Positions 48,905 through 57,685 of a stretch of DNA of 64,000 nt are shown one piece after another (within the stretch, counting starts at the first letter, position 1; each line of letters opens with the position of its first letter). Made by a program: the position numbers and the translations under genes. This DNA comes from an uncultured Gammaproteobacteria bacterium (GTDB lineage: Bacteria > Pseudomonadota > Gammaproteobacteria > Steroidobacterales > XN24). The stretch spans positions 84,041-148,040 of the forward strand of contig CAWJIJ010000001.1 in NCBI GenBank assembly GCA_963842955.1, given 5' to 3'. The notes below the pieces were generated by a model. It ran no database searches. It was not told where the DNA came from and saw only the letters and a program-made list of their open reading frames with translations.

Positions 48905-50020
48905 ATGTCCCATTCACGTTTTCTACGGGATGCCCTGTTGCTCCTGTGTTTGTTGCTGTCGGCCAGCTTCGCCCGGGGAGCCGGCTACGAACTGGACATC
49001 GTCGCCGAGGGTCTTGACGAGCCCTGGTCCGTGGCTCTGCTGCCTGACGGCAGCTTCCTGGTCACCCTGCGCCCCGGCCGGCTCGTCCGGATCGACGGCG
49101 ACGGCCATCAGCGGGACGTGAGCGGTGTGCCGGATACCTACCATGCGGGGCAGGGTGGTTTCTTCGATGTCGTTCTGCACCCGGACTACGCGAACAACCA
49201 GCAGCGTCTACCTGTCATATGCTCATGGGACATCGAAGAGGCAACGGCACGGCCGTAATGCGCGCGCGTTTCGACGGCAGCATCGCTGGTGGACGCCGAG
49301 CAGATCCTGCTGACGGAGCCCTTGAAGGACACGCCGCAGCACTACGGCGGCCGCCTGCTGTTCCTCCCCGACGGCACGCTGCTGCTGTCCACCGGCGATG
49401 GCTTCGATTACCGGGAAGCAGCCCAGGACATCCATAGCGAACTGGGCAAGGTGCTGCGGATCAACGACGATGGATCCGTTCCCGCGGACAACCCGTTTGT
49501 CGCAGAGGGCGCGAACCGGGTCTGGACCTACGGCCACCGCAACATCCAGGGCCTGGCTCTCGACGGTGACAGTGGTCGGGTGTACCTGCACGAACACGGG
49601 CCACGGGGCGGTGACGAACTCAACCTGCTCAAGCCGGGCATCAACTACGGCTGGCCTGCGATTACCTATGGGGTGGACTACAGTGGCGCCCATGTTTCGC
49701 CGTTCACCGAGGCGGAGGGCATGGCCCAGCCCCTGAAGGTCTGGGGACCGACCAGCATCGCCCCTTCCGGCATGGCCTGGTACGGCGGCGAGCTGTTTCC
49801 CGACTGGCGTGGGGACCTCTTCGTGGGCGCGCTCGTCAGCCGGGAAGTCCGTCGCCTCGAAGTCGACAAGGGCGACGTGTCGAAAGAGGAAGCCCTGTTC
49901 ACCGAGCTGGCAGAGCGTATTCGCGACGTACGCGACCTGGGTGACGGATTCCTCTACTTGTTGACGGACGGTGCCGAGGGCCGGCTGATTCGGGTGCGTC
50001 CTGCCACCGGGAAGCCATAG
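48905..50020 (+). pseudogene. PQQ-dependent soluble sugar dehydrogenase (YliI/Asd-like), disrupted by four indels
   Basis: Signal peptide, then EGLDEPWSVALLPDG...GQGGFFDVVLHPDY (frame A). VYLSYAHG and GNGTAVMRARFDGS lie in other frames between 49203 and 49281. Frame A resumes as LVDAEQILL...YGHRNIQGLA...HGPRGGDELN. An in-frame TAA occurs at 49256. Confidence 0.75.
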
Positions 50021-50072
50021 CCGGCCATGACGAGGTGATCAGCGGGCGCCCGGGAACCGGCGGCCGCGATCC

Positions 50073-51056
50073 TCAGAGAGTCTTCTCCAGGCTGGCGGCG
50101 AGATCCATGGCGCTGGTGAAAGCCGCCTCCACGCGGCCATCCACGCACCAGTCCCCGCAGGCAGCGAGCCGCCTGTCCGGATCAACGAAGGAGGCCGGTC
50201 CGGTCCGGGCGTCCGCCATGGCATACCGCCAGCGGTGCAGCCGGCAGACCTCCGCATCCCCCAGCGTTTCGCCTGTTGCCTCGGAAGCCGCCTCGATCAT
50301 CGCGGCCTCAATTTCTGCGGGCGCTTCCTCCATGTGGGCTTCGCTCCAGTCCGAGGCGCCGTGCACGACAAGGGAACAGGCTGCCGGACGCCCCGGCTTG
50401 CTGTTGTCCACGGCGATCCAGCGGATCTGGCTGCCGCGTATCCTGGCCGCCTGCCAGTCCAGGGACAGCTTGTGCCGCAGTCCCAGCATGAGCGCGAAAC
50501 AACCCCTCATTCTGATCGCCCCAACCGTTTCTCGTCCGGCGAAATCCTCGGGCAGCAGGCGGTGGGTCTGGGGTCCCGGCGCAGTGACCACCACCCAGTC
50601 CGCCTCGGTCACGACGGCGCCGTCCTGGTCAAGGATCCGCCAGTGCCGCTCGGCCCGCACTACTCTCGCCACCGTGCGTTGCCCCTTGAACTGCAGGCCT
50701 GTAGCGAGGTGGCGGCCGAGGCCGTTCATGCCGGGCAAGGCGACGAGCCGTGGCTCCCCCGGATCCTCCGGCACCTCACCAACGACCTTTCCGTCTGCCA
50801 CGTCCAGGACGCGCGCCGGCCAGGGGGCGACCACGCCCTGCTCGATAAGGGGCGCGACGAATGCCCGAAACGCCTCGGTCCGGGCTCGGAAATACTGTGC
50901 GCCATGGTCGAACTGATATCGCCCGTGCCGGCGGGTGGCCATGCGTCCGCCCAGCGAACGGGACTTCTCGACGACGGTGAGCGCCACACGATCATGCAGG
51001 CGCCGGGCGAGCACCAGGCCGGCCAGGCCCGCGCCAATCACCGCCACACGGGTCAC
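50073..51056 (-). CDS. NAD/FAD-dependent oxidoreductase (renalase/amine-oxidase-like)
   Basis: The dinucleotide-binding motif VAVIGAGLAGL lies right after GTG 51056. The start overlaps the stop of the upstream gene (GTGA). Confidence 0.75.
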   Translation of the reverse strand: MTRVAVIGAGLAGLVLARRLHDRVALTVVEKSRSLGGRMATRRHGRYQFDHGAQYFRARTEAFRAFVAPLIEQGVVAPWPARVLDVADGKVVGEVPEDPGEPRLVALPGMNGLGRHLATGLQFKGQRTVARVVRAERHWRILDQDGAVVTEADWVVVTAPGPQTHRLLPEDFAGRETVGAIRMRGCFALMLGLRHKLSLDWQAARIRGSQIRWIAVDNSKPGRPAACSLVVHGASDWSEAHMEEAPAEIEAAMIEAASEATGETLGDAEVCRLHRWRYAMADARTGPASFVDPDRRLAACGDWCVDGRVEAAFTSAMDLAASLEKTL

Positions 51057-51490
51057 GGCGCCAGCACCAACGCTGTCAGCGAAAGGATCACGATCGCGGT
51101 GACATTGCGGCGCAACGCGAGGTAGTGACCGGTCAGCACACCGGACCGGCAAAGACCGTAGTCCACATAAAGCAGGTAGAGAAACAGTACGGCCATGACG
51201 CCCAGGGCAAGTTTCGGCGGTCCTGCCAGGAATGCGCCCCAGGCGATCAGCGCCACGGCGTTACTGGCCACGAAGAGGTGGCCGGGAGCGGCATCATCGG
51301 ACGTCAGATAAACGCCCCACATCACCCCGGCCATGAAGCTCACGATCGTGAGACCGTAGCTGGCGGCGAGGCGATCAACAGCTTCGGCCGGCCCCGGCAC
51401 GGCCGCTCCGGACAGTGCGGCGACGGCGCAGACCACGAACGGAACCGCGCCCGCGTAGGCCAGTGCTTTGTAGAGGCTCTGCTTGGACAA
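51053..51490 (-). CDS. Small 4-TM membrane protein (possibly DUF3429 family)
   Basis: 145 aa. The YGLTIVSFMAGVMWG block resembles DUF3429 proteins. Translationally coupled to the oxidoreductase gene. Confidence 0.5.
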   Translation of the reverse strand: MSKQSLYKALAYAGAVPFVVCAVAALSGAAVPGPAEAVDRLAASYGLTIVSFMAGVMWGVYLTSDDAAPGHLFVASNAVALIAWGAFLAGPPKLALGVMAVLFLYLLYVDYGLCRSGVLTGHYLALRRNVTAIVILSLTALVLAP

Positions 51491-51583
51491 TGTGGGGTCG
51501 ATCCGGCGGTTTCCGTTTGGGGGCTCTGGCGATCGGCAGCAAGTTATTTCGTGGGTCGACGCCGACCAGATGTCGCGCGAGGC

Positions 51584-52300
51584 CTAGCCCAGAGGCGGCT
51601 TGGTCAGGCGCAGCGTGATCTCCTCCGGGCAGCAGGCGGGACGGGTCCGGATGCCGAGCATGGCGGCCTCGGCCACGTCCTCGGGCGCCAGCATCCGGCT
51701 TCGATCCGCCCCCTCGACACCGGCGGTCATGTCCGTATCGACGAACCCCGGGTTGATGAGCACAACCTTGATTCCGTGCTTTCGCAGCGCCTGGTAGCAG
51801 CTCAGACTCCAGCCACGCAGCGCATGTTTGGTGGTCGCGTACGCGCCCGCTGCCTCCATGCCCTCGATGGCGGCAACGCTGCCGAGATTGATGATGGTGC
51901 CGCGCTCGCGCCTCGTCATGGCCGGCGCCAGGCGCCGGGTCAGGTGCATGGGCACGAGCACGTTCAGCCGGAGGCCTCGTTCCCATTCACCGGGATCACC
52001 GTCCAGTGCCGTGCCGTCAACGAACGCGCCGGCATTGTTGACGAGGATGTCCACGCCGCCCTCGCTCAGGAGTTCCTCGCACAGGTTGTCCACCGCGCCG
52101 CTGTCCGCGAGGTCGAGGCTGCGCACCGAGACCGCTTCGGCGCCGTCGGCGCGACAAAGGGAAGCGGTTTCCTCAAGAGGGCCGGCACCGCGGCTGACCA
52201 GGACCAGGCGAGCGCCCTCACCGGCAAGGGCGCGGGCAATGGCCCGACCGATTCCCCGGCTGGCGCCAGTGACGAGGGCGGTCTGATTTTCGAGCAACAT
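51584..52300 (-). CDS. Short-chain dehydrogenase/reductase
   Basis: ALVTGASRGIGRAIA, NNAG and YATTK motifs. Confidence 0.9.
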   Translation of the reverse strand: MLLENQTALVTGASRGIGRAIARALAGEGARLVLVSRGAGPLEETASLCRADGAEAVSVRSLDLADSGAVDNLCEELLSEGGVDILVNNAGAFVDGTALDGDPGEWERGLRLNVLVPMHLTRRLAPAMTRRERGTIINLGSVAAIEGMEAAGAYATTKHALRGWSLSCYQALRKHGIKVVLINPGFVDTDMTAGVEGADRSRMLAPEDVAEAAMLGIRTRPACCPEEITLRLTKPPLG

Positions 52301-52724
52301 GGGGGTCTACCTCGGACTGCGGGAATTCAGGTATCTCGGGCAGAGGGTAGTCGACCTCCCGGCGGAACGCCGCAGACCAGGCAGGTCTCGGGATTTATCC
52401 CGAAAACCGATCGAGGCGCTGCGCCCAGGTGATGGCGGCGCTGGCCCGGGTCCGGCCGCTGGTCGATGAATCCCCGAAAACCTTCGTTACCCGGGTGGGC
52501 CGGCACTGGACCGGTTTGTGCGAATCCGAGGAAGCGACGATGGGTGCATAGCGGCTGCCTCCTCAGCGCGCGCACGAAGCGCATAGGGCAGGACGGCGGT
52601 CTGGCCCGAGGCGTTCCGGCCAACGTCGAAGGTTCCGACAACGTGCTGGCCGACCCGCCGTTTCACGCAGCGGTGCCCGGGACGCTGAGGCCAGCGGCCT
52701 GGCGGTTCACGGCGAGGAGCGCAG

Positions 52725-53230
52725 TCATGAGGTCTCCCAGCCGGTGAACGGCCGGACAGCCAGATTCGAATTGTAGAACTCGGGCCGGTCGGAGATTTCC
52801 TCCCCCAGCCAGTCAGGCCGTTCGAACCGGGCGCCCTCGTCTTCGAGTTCGAGCTCGGCCACCACCAGGCCGGCGTTGGCGCCGAAGAACTCGTCGATGA
52901 CCCACTCCCGCTCGCCGACAGTCACCATGTGGCGGCGCTTGGTCACGCGCCGGTCACGCGCCGGTCACCCGCCAGCTCCATCATCTGCCGCGCATCTCCG
53001 ACGGGAATCTCATACTCGAATTCCAACCGGGTCACTCCTTCGGTGGGGCCCTTGACGGTAATTTGCGCCCGGTCCTCGCCACCCTGGCCTTCGCAAACCC
53101 GCACGCGGACAGACCGGGTCTCGTTCGCACACAGGTAGCCCTGGTCGATGTCCATGTTGCGACCGTGTTTCGCTGCCTCCCGCCAGGCCGTGTTGACTAC
53201 CCGGAATTTCCGCTCGATCTCCTCGCCCAT
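52725..53230 (-). pseudogene. CYTH (triphosphate tunnel metalloenzyme) domain protein, disrupted by an 11-bp tandem duplication
   Basis: Starts MGEEIERKFRV (the ExExK motif). The reading frame breaks at ...MELAGDRRVTGA*. Deleting one 11-bp unit gives MELAGDRRVTKRRHMVTVGEREWVIDEFFGANAGLVVAELELE, joining ORFs 52943-53254 and 52725-52946. Confidence 0.8.
52941..52973. repeat. 11-bp tandem repeat GGTCACGCGCC x2 plus the degenerate copy GGTCACCCGCC
   Basis: Read directly: units at 52941-52951, 52952-52962 and 52963-52973. Confidence 0.9.
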
Positions 53231-53293
53231 GCTCCTGGTCCTCCTGCTGCCCAATCTCCCCGTGGGCGCGCCTTCGCGACAGTGATGCGAGCC

Positions 53294-53962
53294 TCAGCCG
53301 AAGCCGGCGGCACGCCACGGGCTGTCCGGCGGGAGCCGCAGGGTCCCCGTCAGCCAGGCCAGGGCCCGCGGATAACTGGTGTTCGGATCGCCCGTGTTTT
53401 GCGCTGCGTCCAGGCCGAGCGCGGCGAGGACCGCGCCTACCCGGCGGGGATCCTCGCCCTCGGCGGCCACGGATTCCAGGTGCGCCCCGTTCACCACGAG
53501 GCGGCAGGTTTCGCCCAGCACGCCTTCGCCCTCATAGTGCGTCCGGCATTTCAGGACGTGCACGGCGGTCGCCGGTCCCGACGGTCTCAGCACCCGGTGC
53601 ATGAATCCGGGCAGGTCGAGTTCGGTGTCGGCCTCCAGCCCGGTCGCCGCCGCGAGTGCGGCAGGCGAGAGGGGGAAGCGCGCCGGGGCGTCGGGACGCC
53701 ACTGCTCGAGACCGTGGTCCAACGCGACGAGTCTTTTGACCTCGAGTCGAGCGTCGCGAATCTTCAAGTTGACGTCCACCCCGCCCAGACCGACCAGATA
53801 AACGTTTTTCTCCTCGCTCTCTCCCGTACGTTCGAGGACATCATCCAGCCGGCGGAAGATGGGCCCGAGATCCGGGGCAAACATGCGGTACTCGAAGCGT
53901 GGCGGGCTGTCCGCGGCTCCGACGGCAGAGTCTGGGTGGACATTCCGTTGAGCTGGTGTCAT
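53294..53962 (-). CDS. Hypothetical protein, possibly a divergent CYTH/TTM-like fold
   Basis: 222 aa from ATG 53962, which overlaps the stop of the upstream PE relic (ATGA). Alternating beta-strand-like blocks FEYRMF, VNLKIRDARLEVKRL and VHVLKCRTHYEGEG resemble triphosphate tunnel enzymes. This is weak. Confidence 0.4.
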   Translation of the reverse strand: MTPAQRNVHPDSAVGAADSPPRFEYRMFAPDLGPIFRRLDDVLERTGESEEKNVYLVGLGGVDVNLKIRDARLEVKRLVALDHGLEQWRPDAPARFPLSPAALAAATGLEADTELDLPGFMHRVLRPSGPATAVHVLKCRTHYEGEGVLGETCRLVVNGAHLESVAAEGEDPRRVGAVLAALGLDAAQNTGDPNTSYPRALAWLTGTLRLPPDSPWRAAGFG

Positions 53963-54390
53963 CAGGCCTTGTTGGTACCGGCATCCGGACGCCTTTCGTC
54001 CTTCGCGATCTGGTCCAGGGTCCGATCGCTCGTCACGGATGCCGGCTCGCCGCCAGAGCGGGACAGGTTGTCGTACTCGCCCCGATCCCGGACCAGAACC
54101 GTTCCGCCGCCGTATTCCGACGCCGGGATCACACCCTCGAAATCGGCCTATTCCAGTGGGTGATCCTCGGTGCGGATGGCAAGCCGTTTTTCCCGCGGAT
54201 CGGCGGAGAACCCCTTGGGTACCGCCCAAGGGGCGAGAGACTGTCGCCGGCCTCCGAGGCGCCGCGGTCCCGGCCCGGACCGCTCTGCGCTCATGGGTCA
54301 TCAGGTACGACGCCCAGAGACATCATGCAGTGGGCGGTCGTGCGCGGAAGCCATCTGCGCTGTCGCCAGCGCTCCCGTTGGCCGGGTTCA
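53962..54390 (-). pseudogene. Relic of a LigD-type 3'-phosphoesterase (PE) domain gene with an in-frame TAG
   Basis: The minus frame reads [58 protein letters not shown] at 54148-54150 replaces the Tyr of the conserved HPLEYxDFEG block. Upstream of 54240 the frame is lost; only a TPEP-like remnant survives. Confidence 0.55.
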
Positions 54391-54692
54391 GGGATCAGTC
54401 ATCCAGCCTGGCGATCCGCGTCCGCTACAAACGCCTGGCCCGCGAAGAGCTGCTCCTGAATGTTGGCAATGAAAGGGGCCAGAGTCATACGGGGTGGCCT
54501 GTTCGGAATCCCGCGGGCTTGACTCCGTTGTCTCTCCCATGCCCGAAAGCGGCGATTCTGTCCGTTCAATCCGCCAGTCCTGGTCGTTCAGCGAAGCAGG
54601 ACGTGGTTTTTCTCCGACCCCACAGATCTCGTTCGACACCCTGCCCGTCGGGGGCATAAGGTATGAACGGTTGATCACGCTCCGGTTTCCCG

Positions 54693-55745
54693 ATGCTTGT
54701 CATGCTGAAGCCCGCCGAATGGTCGCTGCCCACCAGCGTCCTGCTGTTTGCCGCCGCCGCAGTAGTGATCGGCGTGTGCGGTGTACTGGTCACCGCCCGT
54801 GCCGAGCGCCTCGCCCGGGAGACGGGCCTGGGGCAGGCCATTATGGGTGCGGTTTTCCTGGGCGCAATGACCTCGCTTTCGGGTCTGATCACGTCGCTTA
54901 CGGCGGCCTTCCAGGGCCATCCGGAACTCTCGGTCAGCAACGCCGTGGGTGGTATCGCCGTTCAGACCACGTTCCTTGCCCTTGCCGACATACTCTATCG
55001 CAAAGCCAACCTCGAGCACGCAGCGGCTTCCGAGGCGAACCTCGTGCAGGCGGCCGTCCTGGTCGTGCTTCTCGGGATTGCACTGCTCGCCACCTTCACG
55101 CCGGACGGCACGGTAGCCGGTGCCCACCCGATCTCCCTGGCCCTCATCGTCGCATACGTGTTCGGACTTCGCCTCATTGCCGGGGCGCACAAGACGCCAA
55201 TGTGGCGGCCTCGGCTAACCCCGGAGACCCAGTCCGAAGAGGAGGAACAGGGTATCGAGGCCGGCAGCCGCCGGCTGGTGATGCTCTGGTCAGGCTTCGT
55301 GGGCCTTGCCTTGCTGGTCGCGGCGGCCGGCTGGGTCGTGGCCGAAGCCGGGCTGAACATCGCCGCCGCCACGGGCGCAACGGAAGGCGTCGTAGGGACC
55401 CTGCTCACCGCCACCACCACGTCGATCCCCGAGGGCGTCATCGCCATAGCGGCAGTTCGCCGGGGGGCGCTGACCCTCGCCGTGGGAGACATTATCGGCG
55501 GCAACACCTTCGATGTCCTGTTCCTGTCCTTTTCCGACCTTCTCTACCGCGACGGCTCGATTTTCCACGCAATCACGGCCGTACAGTCGTTCTGGCTGGC
55601 GCTCAGCCTGCTGATGGCTGCTGTGCTGCTCCTCGGCCTGTTGCGCCGCGAAAAATATGGCATCGGGAACATCGGCTTCGAGAGCGTCGTTGTGCTCGTT
55701 CTCTATGCGGGCAGCGTCGCTTTGCTGGTAGCCGCCCCGAGCTAG
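54693..55745 (+). CDS. Ca2+/cation antiporter (CaCA, sodium/calcium exchanger membrane region)
   Basis: 350 aa with two internally repeated halves, each carrying an alpha-repeat block (GAMTSLSGLITS and GTLLTATTTSIPE). Confidence 0.8.
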   Translation: MLVMLKPAEWSLPTSVLLFAAAAVVIGVCGVLVTARAERLARETGLGQAIMGAVFLGAMTSLSGLITSLTAAFQGHPELSVSNAVGGIAVQTTFLALADILYRKANLEHAAASEANLVQAAVLVVLLGIALLATFTPDGTVAGAHPISLALIVAYVFGLRLIAGAHKTPMWRPRLTPETQSEEEEQGIEAGSRRLVMLWSGFVGLALLVAAAGWVVAEAGLNIAAATGATEGVVGTLLTATTTSIPEGVIAIAAVRRGALTLAVGDIIGGNTFDVLFLSFSDLLYRDGSIFHAITAVQSFWLALSLLMAAVLLLGLLRREKYGIGNIGFESVVVLVLYAGSVALLVAAPS

Positions 55746-55856
55746 CGGCATGCGCCCCCGGCCCGCTTTGCCTGCTGCAGGGTCTTCGAACGAATCTAAT
55801 CAGTGTGAAACCGGGTGCGGAGCTGGTCCTTACTCTGAGCCCAGGGATTCCGGACC

Positions 55857-57248
55857 TCACAGCGGGACAAAGCTCACCATGAGGGCTGAAATCGCGTAGG
55901 TGACGACGAAGGGCAGCACCAGGTGGCCGACCACATCCCGGGCGTGAAGGCGAATACCCGCGCCCATGACCGGCAGAATGACCAACAGATAGAACGGCTG
56001 CAGCAGATTTGTGGAAGTTTCCCCATAGGCCACGGCCATGGCGACGCGGGCCACGAGCCGCTCGGGATCGATTCCTTCGAGTGCCGCGAGTGACTTCGCC
56101 GCTTCCGTGATCGAAGGCCCGATGACCGCCCATTCTCCGCCTGCCGAAGGAATAGCAAAATTGACTGCGGCGCCGGCGAACTGGGCCAGCGCCGGCAGCG
56201 TATCCACCGACGCATGGCCGATGATCCAGTCCGAGGCGATCGTCGCCAGGCCGCTGAAGCTCATGATGCCCATAATCCCGGCATAGAAGGGATACTGGAA
56301 GATGATGCCCGAGATGTTGGCACAGGCCCGGCGCATGGCGACGACGAAGCGCACGGGCGTGCGGTGCGCGAGCATCCCGACCATCAGGAAGATGAAGATC
56401 ATGATATTGAGATCGATCGAGAAGCCCCGCTCCGCGAAGTGCACCACCACGTAGCCGAGGCCTGCGAAGGCAACCATGGCCTGCAGGGTCGCGCTGCGGT
56501 TCAGCCGCTCCGCCGGCGACCCCTCGGCCAGCGACATCGCCGCGGCCTCTTTCTCGACCGGGACCGCCGCGACCGTGTCCGCGTGGAGCATGTCCTCTAT
56601 GGGGGTGGCGTCCGCGCGCCGGGGTCGCAGCAGCACCATCAGACCCGGGATCAGCAGCAAGTAGACACCGAGGAAGACGAGATTGAGGCTGCTGCCGAGC
56701 GTCCGGTCCACGCCCAGCGGTGCGGCGAGCACGCCGGTCTCGATGAGGAAGTTGCCATCCGTGTTCATCAACAGCGGAATGGAGCTGGAGAGGCCGCCGA
56801 CCCAGATCTGGCTCGATACGTAGACACAGGCGGTGAGGTAAGCGTAGTCGAGGCCGCGTACCCGCTGCGCCATTTCCCGGGCGAATACGGCGGTCAGTGC
56901 AACCCAGCCCCAGCTGACGAGGACGAGCATTCCGCCGACAAGCGTGACGAGGAAATAGACATGGGCGGGCCGGTCGACGCTGCGGCCGAGCCGGTCGATC
57001 ACGCTCCGGGCGGCGGGAGACAGCGCGATCGCGTAGCCCGTGGTCAGGATCAGCACCATCTGCATGCCGAAGGCCAGCAGAGCCCAGAATCCCTCGTACC
57101 AATGGCCGAGCACCGCGACCGGTGCGCTGTCGGTCAACGCCACGGCGAGCAGGCCGACGATCAGGGTCAGTCCGAGGGCGAAGACGAAGGGGTCGGGAAT
57201 AACGTATCGCAGACGGACGGCGAGTGACTGACCCAGTCTTTGAAGCAT
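55857..57248 (-). CDS. atoE: Short-chain fatty acid transporter (AtoE family)
   Basis: Similar to E. coli AtoE along its length (PDPFVFALGLT, GFWALLAFGMQMVLILTTGYA, IFQYPFYAGI, NFAIPSAGGEW, YGE...NLLQPF). The start is ATG 57248 or ATG 57275. Confidence 0.85.
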   Translation of the reverse strand: MLQRLGQSLAVRLRYVIPDPFVFALGLTLIVGLLAVALTDSAPVAVLGHWYEGFWALLAFGMQMVLILTTGYAIALSPAARSVIDRLGRSVDRPAHVYFLVTLVGGMLVLVSWGWVALTAVFAREMAQRVRGLDYAYLTACVYVSSQIWVGGLSSSIPLLMNTDGNFLIETGVLAAPLGVDRTLGSSLNLVFLGVYLLLIPGLMVLLRPRRADATPIEDMLHADTVAAVPVEKEAAAMSLAEGSPAERLNRSATLQAMVAFAGLGYVVVHFAERGFSIDLNIMIFIFLMVGMLAHRTPVRFVVAMRRACANISGIIFQYPFYAGIMGIMSFSGLATIASDWIIGHASVDTLPALAQFAGAAVNFAIPSAGGEWAVIGPSITEAAKSLAALEGIDPERLVARVAMAVAYGETSTNLLQPFYLLVILPVMGAGIRLHARDVVGHLVLPFVVTYAISALMVSFVPL

Positions 57249-57685
57249 GCGGTGGCCCCCTTGGCCCGGCAGCATGGGTCCCCCGGGCGGCGCCCGTCAA
57301 TTGTCGCGGGCGCAACGGGAAGCTACACCAAGCCATCGTCCCGGTGGACCACCCCGCACATGAGCTCCTTGTGGCCACTCCATCGGCACCGTTGGTCCAT
57401 CCTCATGTGGCCTCGTCTCCGCCTGGCCCGTCGAACTCACCCCTGGGAACCGCGTTTGAAGGACTCAGCTGTGCCATGCCGTTTCTGGAACACTATCTGC
57501 CGTTCTACGACGGCCTCCGCGGAGCGCCGGTCTTCGTCGAACACGCGCCGAACGAGCAGGACTCGCCTATGAAACGCGAATCGGGCATTTTTTTGTTGGT
57601 TGTTCATCCGTGGCCCCTGAGATATTGGGATGGGTCGCACCTCCAATTCTCCGGGTAAGCCCCGAGTGAACAGCCTACTGAGAGA

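Noticed and set aside
52301-52724. 424-bp gap between the SDR and CYTH genes. A minus-frame stretch reads VTKVFGDSSTSG, reminiscent of a GDSL hydrolase block I
   Set aside because: Only one short motif is present and no extended ORF or further GDSL blocks follow. It cannot be distinguished from chance. If it is anything, it is a fully eroded relic.
54494-57378. ORFs 54494-55882 (+, 462 aa) and 55603-57378 (-, 591 aa) spanning the CaCA and AtoE genes
   Set aside because: Arg/Pro/Gly-rich nonsense translations in alternative frames. The CaCA (54693-55745) and AtoE (55857-57248) frames carry family-specific motifs.
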